From the IMG/VR virus record IMGVR_UViG_3300019996_000008, positions 1 to 47,379 of that record: 47,379 nucleotides of DNA, one strand, 5' to 3'. Below, one piece after another: positions 1-9,363 of this stretch (within the stretch, counting starts at the first letter, position 1; each line of letters starts with the position of its first letter). Source of the DNA: a virus. Lineage: Duplodnaviria > Caudoviricetes. A model generated the notes under the pieces. It made no database searches and was not told where the DNA came from. It worked only from the letters and a program-made list of their open reading frames with translations. A program made the translations under genes and the position numbers.

Positions 1-139
1 GTCTGCAAGGATTGGGTTATTATTATTTGTTCACTCAAACCCAGTTGCTGAAACGATTGACTTCTTAACAGGTTTTTCTATCCGTGAACACGCCCGTAGA
101 ATATTAAACGCAGATAGGTTTGTTGACGCTCCGTTGATC
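1..139. repeat. Terminal direct repeat, left copy (circular assembly overlap)
   Basis: Identical to 47241-47379 except position 13 (T) vs 47253 (G). Confidence 0.97.
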
Positions 140-1486
140 AGAAGCTATATTGAGAACGTAGCTGGTAAGTGCGGAATGTCAATGGACACTATTTTTGATG
201 TTGGTCAGGCGTGGGAAAAACTTTGTCTATACTACCCGCAAGCTGGGTTTATGCATGAGTCAGAAGATGATGCGATTGCTTCACCTTCGTTAGCATACCA
301 TTTCGATAACAGATGGTTGGTAACTATTCCTGAATTGTTAGATAAACTTAAACCAGTTTTTGCTGCTGAATGGTATGTTACACCGAATAATACAATAGTT
401 TTTAAGCATACTAAAGATTTAATTGTACTTGATCCGATATATGATTTTACTTTAGATTCATCAGTACCAATTTATAACTTACGTTACACTTTCAACGGCA
501 CTAAGAAGGCTGCGTATGGCCGTTATCAATATACTGATGATGGTAGTGATTTAGCTAGCCAAGAAATGTCAACGTTATATTCTGATATTATAGATTACGA
601 TGGACCAGCTAATAACCCAATGCTTGAGGGTGAGAAAACTAAAAATATTGAGTTTGCCCCTACTGGATTCGTCAGAGATGGTAGGGCTAAGGATTATATG
701 GATCTATTGATTGATGATGGTACTTTAGTTGCTAAGATTTTAATTGCTGCTATTGCAGTAGTTGCAGCAGCATTACTTATTGGGGTAATTACAGCACCAG
801 CAGCAGTAGCATTGACAGCTTTCGTAGTTGCATGGAATGTTGCTTTGAACGCAGAGAACAACGAATTGCAAGAAAGTTTCCGTAATAATCCAATCTACGA
901 TGGTGCTGTAAGATTGACATCAGAGCAAACATTAACGCCTAGATTAATACTTTGGGACGGAGAAAGTGAGTATAGGGCAAAAACAGTTCAGCAAGAAATA
1001 CCAGCTCCTAATGCTTACTACAATCCTGATTTAACACCTTACAACGAGAAGAATAAAATAGATCAGGATAATCCGAACTTAAACGTTTATAACTACCCTT
1101 TATATTTTGACGGAGATTTCACAGGCAACTTATACGACAGATACCATGAAGTAATTGACAACCCTTTGAAATCTTTAGAAACTCATCAGGATGCTAAGTG
1201 GTCAGTTGATCTTTGTGAAGATATGTTGAACTTATTTGGAGTATTTCAAAATCAATATGCTCAGATAGGTAAGATAGTTAAACTGGAACGTAGAAATAAT
1301 TATAACATATTCGTAAGGATAGGGAACATTGCAGTTGATTATGATAATAACACTATCAACTTGAGAGGTACAGTAATAAGAAGGCGCAGAATATCGGACG
1401 AAGATTTATTATGTACTACTTTTGAGATAAATACTGAGTGCTTGGTTATTAACGGACATAACATAAAAATAAACGAAGCGGCATGA
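2..1486 (+). CDS. C-terminal part of putative tail tip/hub protein; gene starts at 46618 and crosses the circular join (~702 aa in total)
   Basis: The frame from ATG 46618 is open through the repeat and in frame with track ORF 134..1486. It lies two genes downstream of the tape measure and contains a ~40-aa hydrophobic stretch. Confidence 0.7.
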   Translation, partial: SARIGLLLFVHSNPVAETIDFLTGFSIREHARRILNADRFVDAPLIRSYIENVAGKCGMSMDTIFDVGQAWEKLCLYYPQAGFMHESEDDAIASPSLAYHFDNRWLVTIPELLDKLKPVFAAEWYVTPNNTIVFKHTKDLIVLDPIYDFTLDSSVPIYNLRYTFNGTKKAAYGRYQYTDDGSDLASQEMSTLYSDIIDYDGPANNPMLEGEKTKNIEFAPTGFVRDGRAKDYMDLLIDDGTLVAKILIAAIAVVAAALLIGVITAPAAVALTAFVVAWNVALNAENNELQESFRNNPIYDGAVRLTSEQTLTPRLILWDGESEYRAKTVQQEIPAPNAYYNPDLTPYNEKNKIDQDNPNLNVYNYPLYFDGDFTGNLYDRYHEVIDNPLKSLETHQDAKWSVDLCEDMLNLFGVFQNQYAQIGKIVKLERRNNYNIFVRIGNIAVDYDNNTINLRGTVIRRRRISDEDLLCTTFEINTECLVINGHNIKINEAA

Positions 1487-2421
1487 AGATGAACATCGGA
1501 GCAGGAACGATTTCAAACTACAGCAGCTACACAAATAACTGTGTTCGGAATCAGTATCCGTATAAAATACCCGTTAACTCACTCAGTGATGTTCAACTTT
1601 ATATTGACATTGGCGGTATTAAACCTACGGCAGTTCAATATGAGTTAATTCATACTTGTGGTGAATTGGGCGGAACTATTGAAACTGTAACACCTTCGGA
1701 TTATGTAGTTGGCCAAGATCCAGATAATTATTGGTATGGAGTATTTAAGAATTTCTCAGGAGCATCGCCAACTTGCTTTGTTATTGCAATTACCTTAACT
1801 ATTAACGCTGCTGATGTAATTTATTTCTCTGATGAATATTGTATCGAGCCTTGCAGACCGTTAACACTTGTTAAAAGTTGCTATGGTAATCTTGATCCTG
1901 AAATATCAACAGACTGCCAAGATATTTATTTCGGAGTTCATGCGGGAGAAGATACTGCAATGGGTGATACTACGGTTTTCTACGAGCATAAAGTATTACT
2001 AAGAGATGTTGAAGTATCAAGATCAGCAATTAAAAACACTTTCAAACAAGGCAGAACAAGAACATTCAGAGTTGAGAAGGAAAAAATATATCAATTCTAT
2101 GGTGAATTTATTCCTGAGTGGTACTTGGACGAAATAGATGCAGTGTTTTCAAGAGGCGAAGTATTTATTGATACTGATAGCTATTTACTTAATGAAACAC
2201 AGTTTGAAAAGATAGAAGATTGTAAAAGGATTTGGAAACCTTCAGCAACATTTAAGGCAAGTTGTTTCCAATCGTTCAGTTGCGAAGTAGATCCCTGTGC
2301 AGCTCCGGTTGCTGAATGTTGTGATCCAACTGGAATTAGCGCAACGGTTGAATTTGAAGATAGCGGGGTTATTTGTTGCGATCCTGAAATTATTAATGCT
2401 CAAATATTATCTGAATCATGA
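1483..2421 (+). CDS. Putative tail structural protein, Cys-rich
   Basis: ATGA overlap with upstream gene; tail-module context; about 15 Cys and two CCDP repeats at the C-terminus. Confidence 0.55.
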   Translation: MKMNIGAGTISNYSSYTNNCVRNQYPYKIPVNSLSDVQLYIDIGGIKPTAVQYELIHTCGELGGTIETVTPSDYVVGQDPDNYWYGVFKNFSGASPTCFVIAITLTINAADVIYFSDEYCIEPCRPLTLVKSCYGNLDPEISTDCQDIYFGVHAGEDTAMGDTTVFYEHKVLLRDVEVSRSAIKNTFKQGRTRTFRVEKEKIYQFYGEFIPEWYLDEIDAVFSRGEVFIDTDSYLLNETQFEKIEDCKRIWKPSATFKASCFQSFSCEVDPCAAPVAECCDPTGISATVEFEDSGVICCDPEIINAQILSES

Positions 2422-3110
2422 ATACTGTAACAATAAATTTCATACCATGTACTCCAGCTCCGGCCAATGGTTATAAATTAACTTGGCGGGTTGCTGGTTC
2501 TGGTGATCCTTATACTGACGAAGGATTCTTTACCGAAAGTCCTGCTATGTTTACGGATGAAATAAATCCTGAAGGAACTTGCTATGAAGGTTTTTTACAA
2601 TCTGACTGCTCAGAAAGCGGTGAAAGTGGTTCAGTAGTGGGTAACGCAATTCCTTGGGCAACTGATTGCGTTCAGGAAAGCGGGACAACTGATTATACTA
2701 TAAACTTAGCCTCGCCTTGTGTACCGGGCAATCCATACGGAACTTATATTGTTGAAAACGGAACGCCTGGTGATGTGATCGTAGTTCGTGCAAGTTTCGG
2801 AGGACTTATGCAAATGATCGGCGGGTTGTTTGTTCGAGCCGATCTTTCTATTAGCTCGCCAGACGGGACAAGTGATTCTGCAAGCTCGTCTTGTTATGCT
2901 GATGCCGGGCTACATGGATTTTCAATTACAGCAGATACCACAATTACGATGGTAGGAACAACTGCTTTGATTTCAGCAGCAGCAGTAGTGCATAATTCAA
3001 ATGATTCGTCATGTAATTTAGCATTAACTATAATTGAAATAAATGGTGACCCTGTTAGTATATCTGTTATAGGGTGTAAGGGAAACAGTGCAACGGGTGG
3101 AACTTGTTAA
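2418..3110 (+). CDS. Putative virion protein with Fn3/Ig-like beta domains
   Basis: PAPANGYKLTWRVAG resembles an Fn3 strand pattern; beta-rich, 9 Cys; ATGA overlap. Confidence 0.5.
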   Translation: MNTVTINFIPCTPAPANGYKLTWRVAGSGDPYTDEGFFTESPAMFTDEINPEGTCYEGFLQSDCSESGESGSVVGNAIPWATDCVQESGTTDYTINLASPCVPGNPYGTYIVENGTPGDVIVVRASFGGLMQMIGGLFVRADLSISSPDGTSDSASSSCYADAGLHGFSITADTTITMVGTTALISAAAVVHNSNDSSCNLALTIIEINGDPVSISVIGCKGNSATGGTC

Positions 3111-3121
3111 ATAAAAATGTA

Positions 3122-3239
3122 TAACTTTACTTTACTACTTATACATATCTCGCCTCGAAGTAGGCTCACAACTTCAAAAATCGCCGTAGCGGTATGGCTT
3201 AAATACAGCAAATTATTTAATTCAAAAATTCTTTAAATT
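3122..3239 (+). promoter_or_regulatory. Putative promoter (-7 variant TAACTTTA) and structured leader of the tail tube gene
   Basis: TAACTTTAC at 3122; pseudoknot-compatible pairings at 3152-3175 and 3183-3209. Confidence 0.45.
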
Positions 3240-3851
3240 ATGCCAGTATTAACAGCAGCGGCCTGTATTCCTTCGGTGGAATGCCCTGCAACGCCATTCC
3301 CCGTAGCTACGGCAAATTGTAGCTGTACGCTATCAACTGGAGGCGTTAATGATCTTTATTTTATCCCATGTTCAGAAGAGTTAACAGAGGTTAATCTTCT
3401 TGATACTGCATGGTGGTCGGCATTGAAAGATGGTAGTTCACCAGGTTTTTCGAATCTCGGAAATATCGGCATCGGTCTTGGATCAGTTGGTAAAAAGACT
3501 GATAAAAAAGAGCGAGTAAGTTCATGCAAAGTTGAGCAATTAGTTTCAACTACATGGGCGTTGAAGTATGTGTTGAAATGCTTCGATAAGAGTGCTGAAA
3601 AAGTAACTCACGAGCAAATCAATGCACTGATCAACAATGCCGGTAATTATCTTCTAATTGCCCGTATGTGCGATGGTAGTGATACCGTTCTGCCTATTGG
3701 TATTTTCACAGTATCTGATTTTAATTGGATCGTTCCTGACAACTTCGAGGAAGTACAGTCAGTAGAACTTGAACTATCATGGTTTGAGTTAGGACTTCCA
3801 AAAACGTATGATGTATCTGGGCTGTCAGCAGTAGTGCCTAAAGCCGCTTAA
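3240..3851 (+). CDS. Probable major tail tube protein
   Basis: 203 aa; N-terminal C..GGVNDLYF pattern as in Bacteroidota phage tube proteins; has its own leader and terminator like a highly expressed gene. Confidence 0.65.
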   Translation: MPVLTAAACIPSVECPATPFPVATANCSCTLSTGGVNDLYFIPCSEELTEVNLLDTAWWSALKDGSSPGFSNLGNIGIGLGSVGKKTDKKERVSSCKVEQLVSTTWALKYVLKCFDKSAEKVTHEQINALINNAGNYLLIARMCDGSDTVLPIGIFTVSDFNWIVPDNFEEVQSVELELSWFELGLPKTYDVSGLSAVVPKAA

Positions 3852-3856
3852 TTATT

Positions 3857-3889
3857 ACCCCTGCCTATGGTGGGGGTTTAATTTATTTT
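3857..3889 (+). terminator. Intrinsic terminator after tail tube gene
   Basis: CCCCTGCC-TAT-GGTGGGG hairpin followed by a T-rich tract. Confidence 0.7.
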
Positions 3890-3890
3890 A

Positions 3891-5693
3891 ATGCCTGAAT
3901 ATATAAACGAACAAGTTGCCAAAGTGTCTGAAGATTTCTTAACTGAGATCCAGCAAATAGTTAAGATGATACAAGAGGCGAAGATGCCTGAATGGTGGAT
4001 GAGCTACGCAGGGCAGTTAGCTTATAATCTTCAGGTACATACTAAAGGATTAATGTTCGATAAGGTTACTGGGTTATACCCGAATGAGCATCCAGATTCG
4101 CAAAGGCATTGCATAAATTCTTACGAGAGTATCACTAAAGGCTCGATCTGGAAAGCAATAAATAATATTATCAGAGTTTTTAATAACTCATCCTACAATA
4201 TCCAAATATCAGATAAGACAAGGGCGGTAATTGAAACATATCAAAACTCAGAAGGCTCATTGTTTTCTCAATTCTTAGAAGATTGGATTAAAAATGCTAT
4301 TGCTACCGATCCGAATGGAATTTGTGTTACTTACCCGATAGAATATACAGATGATTTATACCGTTACGTTTGCTATAAAGATTTAATTAAAGTATCTGAT
4401 GATATTTTAATCTTTAAATCTGAAGTTGAAAGCGAAAAGAAATACGAGTACGATGATACTGAATACGGGAAAGAAGTTTTCTTGGATTACGAATACGCTA
4501 AAGAAGGGCAGCCTAATGTAAGGCGAACAACTACAAGAACATTTAACAGAAGGCTAAAGGTAACTTACATTAACACTGTATTTCATGCTTTTACTAAAGA
4601 GTACTTTGTGAAATTCTATAAAGAAACGCCAAGTGATACAGAATTTAAGTACGAGTATTTTGATCACCCAAAAGAATTAGAAACATTACCATATTTTGAA
4701 AGTGGTGGTGTTGAAGTTGAGAATAATTTATATGAATCATTCGTTCAGGCTTTTGTGCCGTTTGGTAATCTGGCATTGATGTCTCACCGAAATCACAGAG
4801 CAGTTGATTTAATGTTCAGCTATCCTAAGATGAGCGAAGTACAGCAACCATGCGATACTTGTAATTCAGTTGGGACAGAAAGTTGTGCAGACTATACAGG
4901 AGTTTGCAGAACGTGCAGAGGTAGCAAGTATATAACTATTCAAAGCCCTTATAAAACTTATAGGAAAGTTCAGGATTCATTCGATACTGATGGGAAGGTT
5001 TTCAGTACACCATCGGTTGAATATTATTCTCCTGATGTTGGGATTTTAGATTACTCCAAAAACCAATGGAAAGATTATTTGTCTGAAGCTGAAGTTGCAG
5101 TATTTGTTCAGCAGAAAACAGAAACTGGTAATACTGAGGCTGCTAAATCTAAAGAACTTGATCGTGAAGAGTTATATTCATGGCTTGCTAATATATCTAA
5201 GGTTTTTTATAATAACCTTCAGATGTTCTTGCAGAATTTAGAGAACTACATAAATCCTAATCCGATTGAAGTAAGTGTTATTCAGCCATACTCGTTTGCT
5301 ATACTTACAGAATCAGAAGCGTTTGAAGCGTTAAATACAATGTTAGCTTCGAATGCTCCAGTAATTTTGAAGGCTTCACAGATTGATAACTTTGTAAGTA
5401 AATTTATCTCAGAATCATCACCAGTTAAAAGAGCCTTAGAAATATTAAAGCAATATGATTTACTTTTATACTACTCTGATGAAGGTGTATCGAATCTGAA
5501 GGGCAACGGGTTTGTAAGTTCTAAGATGTGTCAGCAACATACTCTGGCTTACCCTATACTGATTCAGATGTATGAGATGGATAAAACGTTGTTTGATTTG
5601 GAAGATGATGCGATCATAAAGAAGCTAACGGTTGAGGTGGATAAATATGATTTAACTAAGGATTTGAAAACAAGTGTGATAAATGCCCAATAA
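3891..5693 (+). CDS. Probable portal protein with inserted CxxC..CxxC zinc-finger-like segment
   Basis: 600 aa, directly upstream of a head-morphogenesis gene; TEAAKSKELDRE resembles the portal S/G-x-A..D motif; CDTCNSVG..CRTCRGS insert. Confidence 0.75.
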   Translation: MPEYINEQVAKVSEDFLTEIQQIVKMIQEAKMPEWWMSYAGQLAYNLQVHTKGLMFDKVTGLYPNEHPDSQRHCINSYESITKGSIWKAINNIIRVFNNSSYNIQISDKTRAVIETYQNSEGSLFSQFLEDWIKNAIATDPNGICVTYPIEYTDDLYRYVCYKDLIKVSDDILIFKSEVESEKKYEYDDTEYGKEVFLDYEYAKEGQPNVRRTTTRTFNRRLKVTYINTVFHAFTKEYFVKFYKETPSDTEFKYEYFDHPKELETLPYFESGGVEVENNLYESFVQAFVPFGNLALMSHRNHRAVDLMFSYPKMSEVQQPCDTCNSVGTESCADYTGVCRTCRGSKYITIQSPYKTYRKVQDSFDTDGKVFSTPSVEYYSPDVGILDYSKNQWKDYLSEAEVAVFVQQKTETGNTEAAKSKELDREELYSWLANISKVFYNNLQMFLQNLENYINPNPIEVSVIQPYSFAILTESEAFEALNTMLASNAPVILKASQIDNFVSKFISESSPVKRALEILKQYDLLLYYSDEGVSNLKGNGFVSSKMCQQHTLAYPILIQMYEMDKTLFDLEDDAIIKKLTVEVDKYDLTKDLKTSVINAQ

Positions 5694-6501
5694 AATAGAC
5701 ACAGAAAAAGACAAAGCATTGAAAGCTATCTTTCCGAAAGTGGATGAGATGAGCGCAACGGCTTACGCTATTTTCTTAAAGTCTATTGAAGATATTTTTG
5801 ATTTCAAAGCAGGGAAGTTTGTAGTTGAAAAGAATTTTATTAAGCAGTTAAATAAACTTACTGTTCAGGTATTAGATTTGCTTCAGAGCGAACCTAAGTT
5901 TACCGGCCCAGTTAGTCAATTCGTTAAACGTCTTACCCCTGTATCAGAAGCAATAACAGATTTCCAGAAGTCAACTAATGATATTAAAGTTCCGGCTTAC
6001 GAGACTGCAAAGAAAGTTGTGATTGATGAGATCATTGATAAGATGCTGGATAATGGATTAAATGCTGAGTTCGTACAACCATTACGAGACATCGTATATC
6101 AAAACGCAACTACTGGAATAAGTTTGAAAGATGCTAAGATTCAATTAAAGCAGTACATAGTAGGCGGCAATGATAAATCTGGAAAGTTAGGCTCATATTT
6201 AGAGCAGACAGCGCAGCAAGGAGTGGATAGCTACTCAGGAATGATTAATAAAAAGATTCAAGAGCAGTTTAATACTGATGCATGGTTAGTTACCGGGTCA
6301 CTTATAGATAACTCTTCGCCTCAATGCCGTTACGCTATTGAAGATTTAAATGGAGTTATAACGAAAGAAAATTGGCCAAAGGTTAAAGAGATAGCTGAAA
6401 AGAATGGATTAATTAAAGGAACTACTTTTGAAAATTTATCAGTAAATCTTTTGCATCATGGATGCCGTCATGGATTTTATGCAAAATTAAACGCAAACTA
6501 A
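5683..6501 (+). CDS. Head morphogenesis / minor capsid protein (MuF/SPP1 gp7-like)
   Basis: Follows portal; C-terminal SSPQC...HHGCRH metal-binding signature. Confidence 0.7.
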   Translation: MPNKIDTEKDKALKAIFPKVDEMSATAYAIFLKSIEDIFDFKAGKFVVEKNFIKQLNKLTVQVLDLLQSEPKFTGPVSQFVKRLTPVSEAITDFQKSTNDIKVPAYETAKKVVIDEIIDKMLDNGLNAEFVQPLRDIVYQNATTGISLKDAKIQLKQYIVGGNDKSGKLGSYLEQTAQQGVDSYSGMINKKIQEQFNTDAWLVTGSLIDNSSPQCRYAIEDLNGVITKENWPKVKEIAEKNGLIKGTTFENLSVNLLHHGCRHGFYAKLNAN

Positions 6502-7493
6502 TGGCAATAGAATGTCTTAATAGCTTAGTAGGTTTAAAGGAACTTTGTACAGCAGATTCAATTCAGCCTCTATTTTGGTTAGATGATGCTCAGGGGTTAG
6601 ATCGTATTTCTATTGCTGCACTTGCTAAATCATCTAACGGATCAGGTAAGGCTTTCGGTAATGAAGTTATTGAATCTTCTGCACGGTTTTTAATGGCTGA
6701 TATTGAAACCCTCATTCCTAAAGGCTATACGGTTAAGACTTCATTAAACTCATTTTGCAATACTTGTACTTATACAGGCATGACAAGTTCGGCAAATAAG
6801 ACAGGTGTAATTATTAAAAATAAATCTACTTCGCCGAATGGTAGTTTGTCAATAGATTCTTTAAAAGTAATGATTGCAAGCACTGGAACTTATACGATAG
6901 TTCTTGATGATAATATTTTACCGAAACAAATCAGTCATACTTTTACAGGCGGGACTGAAGTAATAATAACCAATATCAATTTTAAAACTACTGCTAAGTC
7001 AGTTAAAATATATTTCTTAGAATCAGGAGTAGCTGTTAATGCTTTGAATTGCCCTACTCAAAAATCATGCGGTTGTTCAGGTCGTACTGCACAGAGTACA
7101 GATATTGAAATAAAAGGCTTGCTAAGTAACGGTGAATTTACTACTCAATACGGATTCGTTCCATGCGCTTCTGTGGTCTGTTCTTTAGATGGTGTGATTT
7201 GCCAGATAGTAAAGAATCAGCCAAGATTGTTTGGGGTTACATTACTGTATAGAAGTGTGGCAAGGATATTTCAAGAGGTTGAAGTAACGCAGAGGAATAA
7301 TATGTTTGCATCGTTCTCGAAAGAAGAAAAGAAAGCGTTAGCGGATGAATACATGGCTTTGTACGATCAAATGTTAAACGGATCTGGGAAAGTAAAAGGT
7401 ATTGCTGACAACATGAGTGCAGCATTAAATAGTTTAAGTGATCCGTGTGTGGAATGTATTAGGCCTGTTAGCGTAGCGTGGGCAACATCATAA
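6501..7493 (+). CDS. Putative head-tail adaptor / structural protein (330 aa)
   Basis: Likely start ATG 6501 (TAATG overlap); 12 Cys; head module context. Confidence 0.5.
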   Translation: MAIECLNSLVGLKELCTADSIQPLFWLDDAQGLDRISIAALAKSSNGSGKAFGNEVIESSARFLMADIETLIPKGYTVKTSLNSFCNTCTYTGMTSSANKTGVIIKNKSTSPNGSLSIDSLKVMIASTGTYTIVLDDNILPKQISHTFTGGTEVIITNINFKTTAKSVKIYFLESGVAVNALNCPTQKSCGCSGRTAQSTDIEIKGLLSNGEFTTQYGFVPCASVVCSLDGVICQIVKNQPRLFGVTLLYRSVARIFQEVEVTQRNNMFASFSKEEKKALADEYMALYDQMLNGSGKVKGIADNMSAALNSLSDPCVECIRPVSVAWATS

Positions 7494-8071
7494 TGAGTTT
7501 CGATACTACCATATTAAGTAAGAAGATTGAAGGAATCAAAGAAGCATTTGAGAATGGTAACTTTGCTGATGCGCTTATAGGTGCATTAGGCACAGGCGTA
7601 GGTATTATGGAGCAGAGAATATTTACTCAAAATAAAGATACGCAAGGTCAAGACTTCGGAACTTATATAGGCAAGAAATTTAAAGTTGGCAAATTACCAA
7701 CTACAAAAAATCGTACACAGGCCAAACGTAATAAAGCCGTTGAAGGTCAAGAACTAACTTACTATCAAAGAAAACGTGCATTAAGAGGTAGACAGATAGT
7801 AAAGAAAGATTTGGAGTTGGAAGGCTCATTACGCAGATCAATAGAAACACAAGTTGAAGATGAGCGTTCAGCAGTAATTAATTTTAGCAATACCAAATCT
7901 GCCTTAATCGCACACGGTCAGGAACAGCAGATAACTAATATTAGAAATGGTAAACCTGGCACAACTAAAGGAACAGGAGCAGTAAAGATATTTACTTTAG
8001 ATACCAAAGAACGTGAAGAGGTAACAGAGCATGGTGCTGAATTGATAAAACAGATATTGAAACCGAAATGA
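7493..8071 (+). CDS. Putative neck / virion morphogenesis protein
   Basis: Start 7493 (TAATG overlap); basic; DLELEGSLRRSI resembles the L..TG.LR.SI motif of Mu gpG/HK97 gp10-like neck proteins. Confidence 0.55.
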   Translation: MSFDTTILSKKIEGIKEAFENGNFADALIGALGTGVGIMEQRIFTQNKDTQGQDFGTYIGKKFKVGKLPTTKNRTQAKRNKAVEGQELTYYQRKRALRGRQIVKKDLELEGSLRRSIETQVEDERSAVINFSNTKSALIAHGQEQQITNIRNGKPGTTKGTGAVKIFTLDTKEREEVTEHGAELIKQILKPK

Positions 8072-8607
8072 CATACCAGGAGCAAATATTATCATTAGCA
8101 AATAGTTTACTCGTTAATTTCGATGAGGTTTACCACTCAGCTGAAATAGTTCAGACTGAAGATCAGGACAAACTACCTACTGTCACACTTAAAAACGAAT
8201 GGATCTCATTAGCCCCTACTGATACAAAGGAGACTGTTTATATCAGGAGAAACGGTGATGACGAAGTAATGGATGAATTGAAACTTGGTAGCTGTATTAA
8301 GTCTTATAAAATGCGAAGCCCGATAAGGGTAGTATTTTTCAAAGACAACGCAGAAACCCACAACGAAATATTAGCTCACTTGCTTCAGTCTGTTTTAATA
8401 GGTGGAACTAAGCTGACTAAAGTTATAAGAGATAAATGGAAGCTGAAGAAAGATGAAAGCTCAGGTGATTATCATTTCGGAGCAAAGACGGCTTACTTTG
8501 CAGTTGATATAAATATATTCTGGGAATTGAAACCGGATAATTGTGAGGAAGATTTTTGTTTAACTCTCGAAAACCCGTTAAAGAGATGCCTACCTGTTGT
8601 TGTATAA
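8068..8607 (+). CDS. Putative tail terminator/completion protein
   Basis: Size and position after the neck gene; ATGA overlap. Confidence 0.4.
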   Translation: MTYQEQILSLANSLLVNFDEVYHSAEIVQTEDQDKLPTVTLKNEWISLAPTDTKETVYIRRNGDDEVMDELKLGSCIKSYKMRSPIRVVFFKDNAETHNEILAHLLQSVLIGGTKLTKVIRDKWKLKKDESSGDYHFGAKTAYFAVDINIFWELKPDNCEEDFCLTLENPLKRCLPVVV

Positions 8608-8915
8608 AGACACTTAACTTATGTATGGCTCCTGTTTGCGGTGACTTAGTCATTGAGAAAGTAGCAACGGGCGTATCAGGATCAGGTGAAGAAAATGAAT
8701 ATCAGTTAGTGATTGACTTCCTACAAACTCAAATAACATTAACTGGATCTCAGATTGAAGGCGAGAATATTCAATTCGATATATCTGCTTTAAATGAAAA
8801 CTTTGAATATACCGGAAAGATTTATGATGCTAATGGTGACTTAGTAACGATTATAATAGGTGAGGATGAGTTTGATTGCGTAAAATTTAAAACTGTTGTG
8901 AATATAAATTACTAA
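8586..8915 (+). CDS. Small virion protein, N-terminal Cys cluster
   Basis: ATG 8586: MPTCCCIKTLNLCMAPVC...; 109 aa. Confidence 0.5.
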   Translation: MPTCCCIKTLNLCMAPVCGDLVIEKVATGVSGSGEENEYQLVIDFLQTQITLTGSQIEGENIQFDISALNENFEYTGKIYDANGDLVTIIIGEDEFDCVKFKTVVNINY

Positions 8916-8916
8916 C

Positions 8917-9351
8917 TTAGCAAAAGGTAAAAATAATTAGTTGCGAGTTTTCTTCAATACAACGAAATTTAAAACTCGCAACTTTACAGGGGCAGTATTA
9001 CAATAACAAATTTATGCGTTTTCTTATAAGGCTGTTTTATGTTACTTAGGCGCATTTATTTTATAAGTTCTTTTAAATAAAATAAATTTAGGCAAAATAA
9101 AAAAAAATAAGGGCCAGAAAGAGCGACTTCCTGACCCTAGCGTTTAAGGTCTGCGATGCTAAATAACTCTTACGCCCGGAAGAGTGTTAATAAAACTCGA
9201 GGTCTTATTCTTTAGCATTGTAGCCGACCGAATATTTGAGTGTGCAGTGCGTTGGCTTTTTTTTATTTTTTCTTGGCCGCCTATTTAACATCAAAACAAT
9301 TATAACGAAAACGCATTCCTTGCCCCTGTAATTATTTTTACCTTTTGCTAA
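8917..9351 (+). ncRNA. Candidate large structured non-coding element (~435 nt)
   Basis: Perfect 23-bp closing inverted repeat (8917-8939 / 9329-9351) enclosing several nested bulged stems and side hairpins; no substantial ORF. Confidence 0.6.
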
Positions 9352-9363
9352 CGGTCCCACTGT

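Noticed and set aside
9014-9214. Type I toxin peptide inside the structured element
   Set aside because: The plus-strand ATG ORFs found are only 11-19 codons and none forms a convincing TM helix.
8917-9351. MITE/IS remnant or self-splicing intron
   Set aside because: No target-site duplication, no transposase in the genome, no interrupted gene and no recognisable intron core; not formally excluded.
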